Source of the DNA: a virus
Virus record (IMG/VR): IMGVR_UViG_3300032117_000096
Strand: one strand, 5' to 3'
DNA length: 34,110 nucleotides
Positions 9,978 to 16,661 of this stretch are shown in pieces. The notes under the pieces were generated by a model. That model saw only the letters and a program-made list of their open reading frames with translations, ran no database searches and had not been told where the DNA came from. Each line of letters opens with the position of its first letter. Positions within the stretch are counted from its first letter, which is position 1. Made by a program: the position numbers and the translations under genes.

Positions 9978-10507
9978 CCTTAGATTTCGGTGAAGTTCCT
10001 GATTGGGTGAAAGGTCATCCTGTATCAAAGGTGCAATGGGTGCCGATTGACAAGGTGCACGCGAACGATTACAACCCTAACAGCGTCGCGCCGCCAGAAA
10101 TGAAGCTTTTGAAGCTGAGCATTGAGAATGATGGATATACTCAGCCCATTGTAGCATGGGAGACTGAAGAGGGCTTATATGAGGTTATAGACGGGTTTCA
10201 CCGGCACAAGGTCGGGCGTGATTTGGGGCTATCTCACTTGCCCGTTGTTGTGGTAAATGCCGACAGACAAGAGCGCGGTGATAGAATAGCCTCAACGATA
10301 CGACACAATAGAGCAAGAGGAAAGCACCAAGTGGGAGCAATGAGCGATATAGTACAAGAGCTATCCCGTAGGAATTGGAGCGACGCAAAGGTTGCAAAAG
10401 AGTTGGGAATGGAGCCGGATGAAGTGTTAAGATTGAAACAAGTATCTGGACTTGCTGAACTCTTTGCTGATAAAGATTTTTCCGAGGCATGGGAGGTTGA
10501 ACGATGA
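9962..10507 (+). CDS. ibrB: ParB/sulfiredoxin-like nuclease-domain protein (IbrB-like)
   Basis: VPIDKVHANDYNPNSV...YEVIDGFHRHKV...ASTIRHNRARGKH are ParB N-terminal-domain motifs. It overlaps the PAPS-reductase gene by 16 nt. Confidence 0.8.
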   Translation: MGDNIALDFGEVPDWVKGHPVSKVQWVPIDKVHANDYNPNSVAPPEMKLLKLSIENDGYTQPIVAWETEEGLYEVIDGFHRHKVGRDLGLSHLPVVVVNADRQERGDRIASTIRHNRARGKHQVGAMSDIVQELSRRNWSDAKVAKELGMEPDEVLRLKQVSGLAELFADKDFSEAWEVER

Positions 10508-10725
10508 ATTTTACCATCACGGAGGCGGAGGTAATCCGCCTCACGGGATACAGCCGGCAGCAGCTCAGGAGGCTGCGGCAAGGCTTCGCGCAAAATAAAG
10601 GAGGCAAGGAGTACGTTGCAGATCCGGTTTTGCGACAGGGCATTGACTGGCAACGTTATGGCAGGGCAGTACTCTATAATGATTGCGTTATCGGGTTACT
10701 GATGATTCGAAAAGATGGAGCGTGA
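10504..10725 (+). CDS. Small putative DNA-binding protein (HTH-like), last gene of the cassette
   Basis: 73 aa with an ATGA overlap with the previous gene. ITEAEVIRLTGYSRQQLRRLRQG looks like an AlpA/excisionase-type helix-turn-helix. Confidence 0.4.
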   Translation: MNFTITEAEVIRLTGYSRQQLRRLRQGFAQNKGGKEYVADPVLRQGIDWQRYGRAVLYNDCVIGLLMIRKDGA

Positions 10726-10785
10726 TAGCACGAAAAACATAAATTTCGAATTTAAAAATGAACCGTATGTAAAAAAGCATGCTTT

Positions 10786-11130
10786 TTAACCGGAAATAAT
10801 TTTTTTACAAAGGTTTTCGCATGCTTTTAGTTCTTCATGGAGTGCCTCAATGCTCTTTATGATCTTTCTTCTTCTGTAAAATATTTCAGCGCGATGTATC
10901 TCTTTCCGCGCCTTGATCTTTCTTGAAATATCACGGATAACATCTTCTCGTGAGCTCCCTTTCGTGATTATTTTTGCGTTATTGATTGAGCAGGTAGCAG
11001 TCCAAGAGTAGATATGAGACCTGCTTTTGATATCGCGGGTCTTTTTACCCAAGAGACAACTTTGATGTCGGTATTCGCCATTATGCTCGATAACGACGAT
11101 CTCAGTTTCAATATTAATCGTTTCAGGCAT
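10786..11130 (-). CDS. Hypothetical protein (last gene of the early block)
   Basis: 114-aa ORF convergent with the plus-strand cassette. No family recognised. Confidence 0.55.
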   Translation of the reverse strand: MPETINIETEIVVIEHNGEYRHQSCLLGKKTRDIKSRSHIYSWTATCSINNAKIITKGSSREDVIRDISRKIKARKEIHRAEIFYRRRKIIKSIEALHEELKACENLCKKIISG

Positions 11131-11244
11131 GTTTTAAGCTATCTTTTTTTGCTTAACCACTACTTTGTCATCCACCAACCTGTTTTTGCCTCCTGATGCC
11201 CTTCCTGTGCGTTATACGCTATTTTATAGCCTTGTCTGCAGGCA

Positions 11245-11472
11245 CTAATCCGTTGCGCTGTGAAAGTTGTGCTCTATGATCTCCGAAATTACCCTTTCGA
11301 GGAATTCAACAGTATGCACCTCCGCTTGAATATGTTTGTATCCAAATAAATCGCCCAAACGATTGATTGCTTCCTCGTGTTTATCAAATCTTCTTGTAAT
11401 TTTTCCTGTATTGGCAGCTTTAATCACGCCCCTCATATCTCCATCTTCTCCGTTCATCATCTCGTCCCCCAT
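11245..11472 (-). CDS. Hypothetical protein
   Basis: 75-aa ORF that overlaps the upstream gene end by 16 nt. Confidence 0.5.
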   Translation of the reverse strand: MGDEMMNGEDGDMRGVIKAANTGKITRRFDKHEEAINRLGDLFGYKHIQAEVHTVEFLERVISEIIEHNFHSATD

Positions 11473-11960
11473 TTTTTAAGGTTGAACTTCTCAACATCCT
11501 CCCGCCTTGCGAACCGAGGGTTATCGTGACCTAAATCAATCGGCTCGTAATCTGCAAAAACCAGCTCCCCTTTATCGTGAGCTGTGCATATCTGCGCATA
11601 AGTCAGTGCTGTTTTATCGTACTTAATAAAATTTGCGATGTTTGGTATCTTTCCGTACCCCTCATAGTTATCGATCACAAAGTTAACAGCATCCATCATG
11701 CGTCGATCCGTGAACCCGTTTTCAGCAAACCGATCTTTCAGTATTTCAGTTTGATCTGAACTCCATCCAGGGAAAGCCTTAACGATCTTTGCGGTAACAT
11801 CAGCAACTCCTTTCTTCGTTCTCTCCCCTGCATAAACTGAGATAAAGCATCCGTCAGGCGTATCGGTCATCGTCGGCGATACTTTGCATGATTCCCGGTA
11901 AATCTGCATGTGTGATTGGCTGTTGATATCCAAGTGTTCCATTGCGCTTGACATGTCCAT
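11457..11960 (-). CDS. Putative replication accessory protein (G39P-like helicase-loader pattern). Start uncertain.
   Basis: The pattern KIVKAFPGWSSDQTEILKDRFAENGFTDRRMMDAVNFVI...IPNIANF resembles the N-terminal domain of G39P-type loaders. Candidate in-frame ATGs lie at 11960, 11954, 11942, 11909 and 11870, none with a clear SD. Confidence 0.35.
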   Translation of the reverse strand: MDMSSAMEHLDINSQSHMQIYRESCKVSPTMTDTPDGCFISVYAGERTKKGVADVTAKIVKAFPGWSSDQTEILKDRFAENGFTDRRMMDAVNFVIDNYEGYGKIPNIANFIKYDKTALTYAQICTAHDKGELVFADYEPIDLGHDNPRFARREDVEKFNLKKWGTR

Positions 11961-12594
11961 TTGCGTTTGAATAATTTGTTTTTGAGTTTACCATCCACTT
12001 CTTTGCTGCAGATGTCCAATTCCGCATTTTTACCTTTCCACACATCCAGCCATTAGCGTCGTAGTGATACCAAAACTTTCCTGCTTCTTCGTTTGTGCTT
12101 CCGTTTTCTGTAAAAAAAGAAGCAGTCTCTTTTTTATCAGGAGCGAAGAACGACTTTTTTCTAACACTATCGATAGTAAGAGTCTTCTTTATTGGTTTAT
12201 GGTTAATGGTTAATGGTTTATGGTTAGGGTTCGATTCGCTTTCAGTTGGCAACCCAGTGGGTTCCGGTTGGGTTTTTATTTCCTTCTTAGGCCTACCACC
12301 CTTAGCTCCGTTGTTTCTGTTCGCCTTTGCTTTTTTACCATAACCTTCAATCTCTTTGGCGCATCTCGGGTGAAACCACCCGTTTTCGGTCTCAACGAAG
12401 AAGTCTTTTAATACTCTGGCTATCACTTCGGTATCCACTCGTAACCGACGTGAAACCCAGTGGGTTTTTAATGGGATTTCAGATTCGGTATCGTAATACA
12501 TATCAATCAAGCGCCGGTACGCAATGTCCTCTTCATTGCTTAAGTGAGCAGTATTTGATCGGTAATCTCCGATATGAAATTTGTAGTAATGCAT
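11854..12594 (-). CDS. DUF1376 (YdaU-like) phage replication protein
   Basis: The N-terminus MHYYKFHIGDYRSNTAHLSNEEDIAYRRLIDMYYDTE is the DUF1376 signature. A basic GAKGGRPKK tract follows it. Confidence 0.8.
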   Translation of the reverse strand: MHYYKFHIGDYRSNTAHLSNEEDIAYRRLIDMYYDTESEIPLKTHWVSRRLRVDTEVIARVLKDFFVETENGWFHPRCAKEIEGYGKKAKANRNNGAKGGRPKKEIKTQPEPTGLPTESESNPNHKPLTINHKPIKKTLTIDSVRKKSFFAPDKKETASFFTENGSTNEEAGKFWYHYDANGWMCGKVKMRNWTSAAKKWMVNSKTNYSNANGHVKRNGTLGYQQPITHADLPGIMQSIADDDRYA

Positions 12595-12632
12595 GATTAA
12601 AACATCCCTTGAATAATAAAAATGAACATACC

Positions 12633-12696
12633 ATCAACAGGTAGCTGTTGGGTAATAAGACTGGTCTTTGAGACCGGAGGGAATCCCTCTGTTGAT
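12633..12696. promoter_or_regulatory. Nested inverted-repeat cluster upstream of the replication gene (candidate origin/operator or structured RNA)
   Basis: An outer 8-bp stem pairs 12633-12640 with 12689-12696. Inside it are CAACAG-gtag-CTGTTG (12635-12650), CTGGT-ctttgag-ACCGG (12661-12677) and the palindrome GAGGGAaTCCCTC (12677-12689). Confidence 0.4.
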
Positions 12697-12818
12697 AGCA
12701 CGTTCATAAAATTCATATTGTCAAATTATTTAAGTCAGCTACGACTCTCATTAATCCATCATAATAAATAATCCCATCAACAAAAAACATTTTTACCCCT
12801 GTAACGCTGAGTTTGCCA

Positions 12819-12965
12819 TTATTCAAAATATTTCTGTTCTGTTGTTGGAGTTATTTTCACATAAACCCCAGGATTTTCGGAATATCTTTTCATAGTTGCC
12901 GTGTACCACTCCCATTGAGTAATCCGCCTGTGGATGGTTATAAATCCGTCGTTATCGGTTGCCAT
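12819..12965 (-). pseudogene. Chimeric gene remnant: replisome-organizer-like N-terminus fused to a RusA C-terminal paralogue
   Basis: 48 codons: MATDNDGFITIHRRITQWEWYTATMKRYSENPGVYVKITPTTEQKYFE. GFITIHRRI.QWEWY is the start of DnaD/replication-organizer proteins. MKRYSENPGVYVKITPT parallels MKRYAENPGVYITIIPT at the end of the intact RusA gene, and nucleotide similarity is visible between 12830-12900 and 13262-13330. Confidence 0.5.
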
Positions 12966-13238
12966 TTAGTAGAGCAAAAGATTTTTAGGTTTGTTTATCA
13001 GCTCCTTGAACCCGTTATCCCAAAAGTAAACTCCATCCATCGGTATAATTCCGCACTCTATAGCTGCATTTCTTGCCGATTCATGGTCTTTAAAAAACAA
13101 CGGGAAACCGTCTAACAAAACAATCTGGTCAATATGGTTTTTGATGCAATAAGTGTCATCTCCGCCAACGTTATGGTTTATCCATCCGCGTTGAGATGTG
13201 ATGTAATTCGTGTCGAAATTTAAGGTAAGTTGCATCAT
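12966..13238 (-). CDS. Hypothetical protein
   Basis: 90-aa ORF with an ATGA overlap with rusA. The next ATG follows its stop directly. Confidence 0.55.
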   Translation of the reverse strand: MMQLTLNFDTNYITSQRGWINHNVGGDDTYCIKNHIDQIVLLDGFPLFFKDHESARNAAIECGIIPMDGVYFWDNGFKELINKPKNLLLY

Positions 13239-13678
13239 ATCTTATTTTGTTTATCCGGCAAATAACCATCCTCTTCTGTTGGAATTATTGTGATATAAAC
13301 ACCAGGGTTTTCTGCATACCTTTTCATAATAAGAGCCCTTGAAATCAAGCTGTCATCATACCAGAATATCCCGTTTAGTGCATCCCCAATAAATTTATAA
13401 AGATTGTCACAGTCGGGCTTTGATGAGTGATAAAACGGCGCAGAATCCTTCAACCCTTTTTTACAGTAATGTGATTTTGGTCGCGGAAACCGGAACTCCA
13501 TTATTACTGTTAATGGTTGACGGAAAGGCTTATCAGGCTTGTGTTTATCGGCCATAACGGAAAAACTGTACTTCGCTTCTGCGCTCGGATCAACCTGCAC
13601 GTTAAAGCCTGATTTTGACCTGAATGTTCGGTGCCTTTTTAGGGCCTCCGGCTTCCCTGGTACGAAGAATTCTATCAA
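13235..13678 (-). CDS. rusA: RusA-family Holliday-junction resolvase
   Basis: VPGKPEALKRHR...SKPDCDNLYKFIGDALNGIFWYDDSLI is the RusA motif. The start is TTG, preceded by GGGAGGttaaa. Confidence 0.85.
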   Translation of the reverse strand: MIEFFVPGKPEALKRHRTFRSKSGFNVQVDPSAEAKYSFSVMADKHKPDKPFRQPLTVIMEFRFPRPKSHYCKKGLKDSAPFYHSSKPDCDNLYKFIGDALNGIFWYDDSLISRALIMKRYAENPGVYITIIPTEEDGYLPDKQNKI

Positions 13679-13806
13679 TTTAACCTCCCGTTTTTATCCA
13701 CAATTACGCAAAATCGCCACCATGAATATACCGTATGATTGCGCTGTTTTCTGCGCTCGAAACTCAACGAAGAGCCGTAGTTTGGAAGCCAAACAAAGTG
13801 AATCAT
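13675..13806 (-). CDS. Possible micro-ORF (43 aa)
   Basis: Found by hand: MIHFVWLPNYGSSLSFERRKQRNHTVYSWWRFCVIVDKNGRLN. Its stop overlaps the rusA TTG (TTGA). There is no SD and no recognised family. Confidence 0.25.
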   Translation of the reverse strand: MIHFVWLPNYGSSLSFERRKQRNHTVYSWWRFCVIVDKNGRLN

Positions 13807-13810
13807 GATC

Positions 13811-13939
13811 TTAGTTTAGAGTGTTAAAAACATCACAACCTTCTTGCATCGGAACGAGATAATAGTTGTAGAAAATCCTGTGATAAAAGCCGTTGATCGG
13901 AACGACAATCCAGTATATCCTCGTGGGAATGTCAATCAT
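13811..13939 (-). CDS. Possible micro-ORF (42 aa)
   Basis: Found by hand: MIDIPTRIYWIVVPINGFYHRIFYNYYLVPMQEGCDVFNTLN. It has an ATGA overlap with the MazG-like gene stop. Confidence 0.3.
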   Translation of the reverse strand: MIDIPTRIYWIVVPINGFYHRIFYNYYLVPMQEGCDVFNTLN

Positions 13940-14235
13940 TCTGCACATTCCTTATCGTTTATCGCTTTTTCGAGCTTAATTCTTGCCTGATTTATGTGTG
14001 CTGAAGCATCAAAACCTTGAATATCTCTCTCAAAAAGCCATATCTTTTGTACTCGCTGAAAGACAAACAACACATCATTAAGCTCCTTAATCACAGACAA
14101 AGCATCACCTTTACCTTGCGCATATCGCTGCACTGCAAAGTGTAATTCACCCGTCTCTTCCTGGAGTTTATGGATAGCTTCTGAAGGGCCGAGAATTGAT
14201 ATCGCGCGCTCATGAATAGTTTCGTCTTGCTTCAT
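13936..14235 (-). CDS. MazG-like nucleotide pyrophosphohydrolase-family protein
   Basis: 99 aa. KLQEETGELHFAVQRY...IKELNDVLFVF fits the EExxE...ExxD metal-binding pattern of small phage MazG proteins. Confidence 0.5.
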   Translation of the reverse strand: MKQDETIHERAISILGPSEAIHKLQEETGELHFAVQRYAQGKGDALSVIKELNDVLFVFQRVQKIWLFERDIQGFDASAHINQARIKLEKAINDKECAE

Positions 14236-14246
14236 TGTTTTTATGT

Positions 14247-14564
14247 TTATTCTGCGTTAGTGATCACCAAAATTACCTTCTCTACATTTTTTGTGTACAG
14301 ATCATCAATGGCCGAGTTATATTCAGAGTCAGTAAGGTTTGCATCAAAATAAAACCGATCGGCTATATCCTGACGAATGTCGCATTCTTTTGTATAAATC
14401 TTCTCATCGCTGGTATACCAATCACTTATCTTTACGTCACGCATATAATGGCCTATGTATCCATCATCGACAAACTCATCGCACCGGCTCAGAAAATGAA
14501 TCTCGAAATCAGGGTATTTTGCAGCAAGATCATTCAATCGGCTCAAAAGTTCTCTTTGTTGCAT
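14247..14564 (-). CDS. Hypothetical acidic protein
   Basis: 105-aa ORF in the early block. No family recognised. Confidence 0.55.
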   Translation of the reverse strand: MQQRELLSRLNDLAAKYPDFEIHFLSRCDEFVDDGYIGHYMRDVKISDWYTSDEKIYTKECDIRQDIADRFYFDANLTDSEYNSAIDDLYTKNVEKVILVITNAE

Positions 14565-15058
14565 CTTCCCCTCCGATCTATCTCATCGTTTAGCATCACA
14601 GCAAGCTTATCTTTTTCAGCCTTTATTTCGTTGATGAAATAGCTTCCTGGATAGCACAGCGACTTAGACCTGTGGTGATAAATAATCCTATGCCGACCGC
14701 TTACAGTGCATTCCCTGTTTGAGATATTCGTGTAAGACAACTCATAACTTGGAAGAGGAAACCTTGTAACCTCGTCAAGAAAATCAGCCATGCTTTTTAC
14801 CCTTTGGCCTCGTCTAAATCGCAAATTGTTCGCTTGAAAATCATCATAATTGACTGAAGAGAGAGTCTTCTTTTGTGTTTTCACTGGATCCTGAAACCCC
14901 AACATCCGGTACATCCTGTTTATGTCGTCCTGACTCATAAACCCTTTTCCATCCGTGATAATAACTGTCACCGGATTGCCTGACGGCTTGCAGTCATTAT
15001 GCACATCTCTAAATGGCGTTACCTCTCTGTAAGTCTTTCCTATTGCGTAGTCACTCAT
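14543..15058 (-). CDS. Hypothetical protein
   Basis: 171-aa ORF that overlaps both neighbours. No family recognised. Confidence 0.55.
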   Translation of the reverse strand: MSDYAIGKTYREVTPFRDVHNDCKPSGNPVTVIITDGKGFMSQDDINRMYRMLGFQDPVKTQKKTLSSVNYDDFQANNLRFRRGQRVKSMADFLDEVTRFPLPSYELSYTNISNRECTVSGRHRIIYHHRSKSLCYPGSYFINEIKAEKDKLAVMLNDEIDRRGRCNKENF

Positions 15059-15248
15059 TTTCGAAAATGTTTAATGTTCGCGATTCATGTTTATTGACAG
15101 CTTCCTGCATGTGATCAAGCATTTTATCGGTCTGCGTCTCGCTACTCACGATCTCGTCACGATTCAGCATGAGGGAAAATTTTACTTGATCTCGTTCCGG
15201 TAATTTTGCGTACAATCTCAAATACTCCTGCTCTTGTTGTTCTGTCAT
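15051..15248 (-). CDS. Hypothetical protein
   Basis: 65-aa ORF with an ATGA-type overlap with erf. Confidence 0.5.
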   Translation of the reverse strand: MTEQQEQEYLRLYAKLPERDQVKFSLMLNRDEIVSSETQTDKMLDHMQEAVNKHESRTLNIFENE

Positions 15249-15937
15249 ACCAACCCCTCTTTATTTTGCGCGGCTTCAACGCTTTTTCTTGAGTCAATCT
15301 CTTTATTAATCCAATCGATTATCTTTGTGCCGTCTGCAGTCCCCGCTTCGATCTTTGCGTCTATCCCTGCGCGCTCTTTATCAGTGATTACGTGAGACTT
15401 GTACAATTTTCTGATATACTCTGCCTGTTTTGCAGTACAGAAAGATTTTTCCGTTTGTAACGGCTCAGGTGATTGATCTGGAACTTTATCTTTTGATGCT
15501 TTCGCTTTGTTTGTCTTTTCATCTTTATTGTCATTATTACCCGAAGCGGCATTTCCATCATCGTCATCAGTTACAACTCCCGCCATTGATGCAAGCAAAT
15601 ACCTTCTGCCATAAGTAATAGCGGAACCTATTCCTTGAGGGTCACGCTTCGCAGGGACAAGCCGTAACGAACTCTCTACCCATTGTCCCGATGAATGGCA
15701 TAGTCTGCATGTGACGGTTATAGAATCAGCATCTGAATCTGTTCCCTGAATAACGCATAGCCCGTTTGATGTCAACGGGATTTTGGCCACATCCCACACA
15801 TCTGCCAGATCAGCATACTTAGACTTAAAGTATGGGTTATCGCTTGCCTTCTTAGCGTTATGCATTTGTGCCTGAGCCTTTGATAGTGCTCCATATATCT
15901 CAGTTACTATCTCACTCGTTATCAGTGCCATCTTCAC
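15245..15937 (-). CDS. erf: ERF-family single-strand annealing protein
   Basis: NPYFKSKYADLADVWDV...PLTSNGLCVIQ...HSSGQW...GSAITYGRRYLLASMAGV is the ERF signature. The ORF opens with GTG at 15937. The ATG at 15931, preceded by GGGGGGtgaag, is the likelier start. Confidence 0.85.
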   Translation of the reverse strand: MKMALITSEIVTEIYGALSKAQAQMHNAKKASDNPYFKSKYADLADVWDVAKIPLTSNGLCVIQGTDSDADSITVTCRLCHSSGQWVESSLRLVPAKRDPQGIGSAITYGRRYLLASMAGVVTDDDDGNAASGNNDNKDEKTNKAKASKDKVPDQSPEPLQTEKSFCTAKQAEYIRKLYKSHVITDKERAGIDAKIEAGTADGTKIIDWINKEIDSRKSVEAAQNKEGLV

Positions 15938-16055
15938 CCCCCCGTTTGGTTGTTATAATGTCATCCGCCTGCTCTATAGTCTTGTCCTGATCGTCAGGAG
16001 TAAACCTGTCCGGAAGAGCACCCCAAAACGAGGTGCTCATTTGCCGGTCGATCAT
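15912..16055 (-). CDS. Possible small acidic protein (47 aa)
   Basis: Found by hand: MIDRQMSTSFWGALPDRFTPDDQDKTIEQADDIITTKRGGEDGTDNE. It fills the Gp157-erf gap and overlaps the erf start. Confidence 0.3.
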   Translation of the reverse strand: MIDRQMSTSFWGALPDRFTPDDQDKTIEQADDIITTKRGGEDGTDNE

Positions 16056-16069
16056 CCTTTCGTAGCTGC

Positions 16070-16600
16070 TCATCTTATAGTGAGGGAGTTTTTTGAAGTC
16101 ACTTCTATGTATTCCGGAACATCAAAACCCTTATTAAACTCTTTTATTGCCGAAATCGACGGTTTGAAAACAAACTCAGCAAGTTTATTCGATACTAGGT
16201 ACTTTTGCGTAAGATTATTAATGTCATCTTTAACCTTCCAACTGTCCGTTACCCTAACTGAATAGTTGTGCTTTAATGTCTTAACCTTTGTCTCTCCGAG
16301 CTCAATCATTGCTTGCAATACCCGTTCACGCGCCGAATCAGAAGCGTTTATCATCGTTTTTGCTCTCTTAGTGTACTCTTCTGCCAGTCCTTTTAAGTAT
16401 TCCGCTTGACCCTTGCAGTAACCTATCCACTCGGTATATGCATCAAGTTTATCCTTAAGGGAGGTTTCGTTATCCTCTATCAGTTCGATAATCTCAACAG
16501 TCAATTCACCGCCAGCATCAAAAAGTAATTCTTCCGCAAGGTGGTGGCGCATTACGATTGAATTGAGCGTTCGTTTTTCCTGTGGTTGTTGGTTTTCCAT
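16070..16600 (-). CDS. Siphovirus Gp157-like protein
   Basis: The layout is a coiled-coil centre followed by ...KVKTLKHNYSVRVTDSWKV...VPEYIEVTSKNSLTIR, which matches the Gp157 family often found next to ERF/RecT. The ORF is open to 16678. The ATG at 16600 (MENQQPQEK) avoids an overlap with the repeat gene. Confidence 0.6.
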   Translation of the reverse strand: MENQQPQEKRTLNSIVMRHHLAEELLFDAGGELTVEIIELIEDNETSLKDKLDAYTEWIGYCKGQAEYLKGLAEEYTKRAKTMINASDSARERVLQAMIELGETKVKTLKHNYSVRVTDSWKVKDDINNLTQKYLVSNKLAEFVFKPSISAIKEFNKGFDVPEYIEVTSKNSLTIR

Positions 16601-16661
16601 TTTTTCCGTATTATTTATTGTTGATGTTGTTTCTATGAGTCTGTTGCTTGAATCAGCAGGC

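Noticed and set aside
10771-10787. Perfect palindrome aaaaagcatgcttttt between the convergent cassette and the early block, as a possible bidirectional terminator
   Set aside because: The stem would be almost entirely A-T, with only two G-C pairs. It consumes its own T-tract and overlaps the stop codon of 10786-11130. Too weak to call.
11854-11960. Programmed frameshift joining the DUF1376 ORF to the downstream ORF
   Set aside because: No slippery heptamer or downstream structure was seen in the overlap. Ordinary overlapping genes or an internal start are simpler explanations.
12227-12237. gggttcgattc, which resembles a tRNA T-loop
   Set aside because: It lies inside the DUF1376 coding sequence, has no complementary stem or acceptor arms around it, and is part of a small coding repeat (TINHKP).
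12633-12696. Possible tRNA (7-8-bp acceptor-like stem, anticodon-like CU-UUG-AG loop)
   Set aside because: It is only 64 nt. It has no D-stem, its T-arm is a 3-nt-loop palindrome without the TTC motif, and the same features appear on both strands because the element is palindromic. It is not a canonical tRNA and is reported as a structured element instead.
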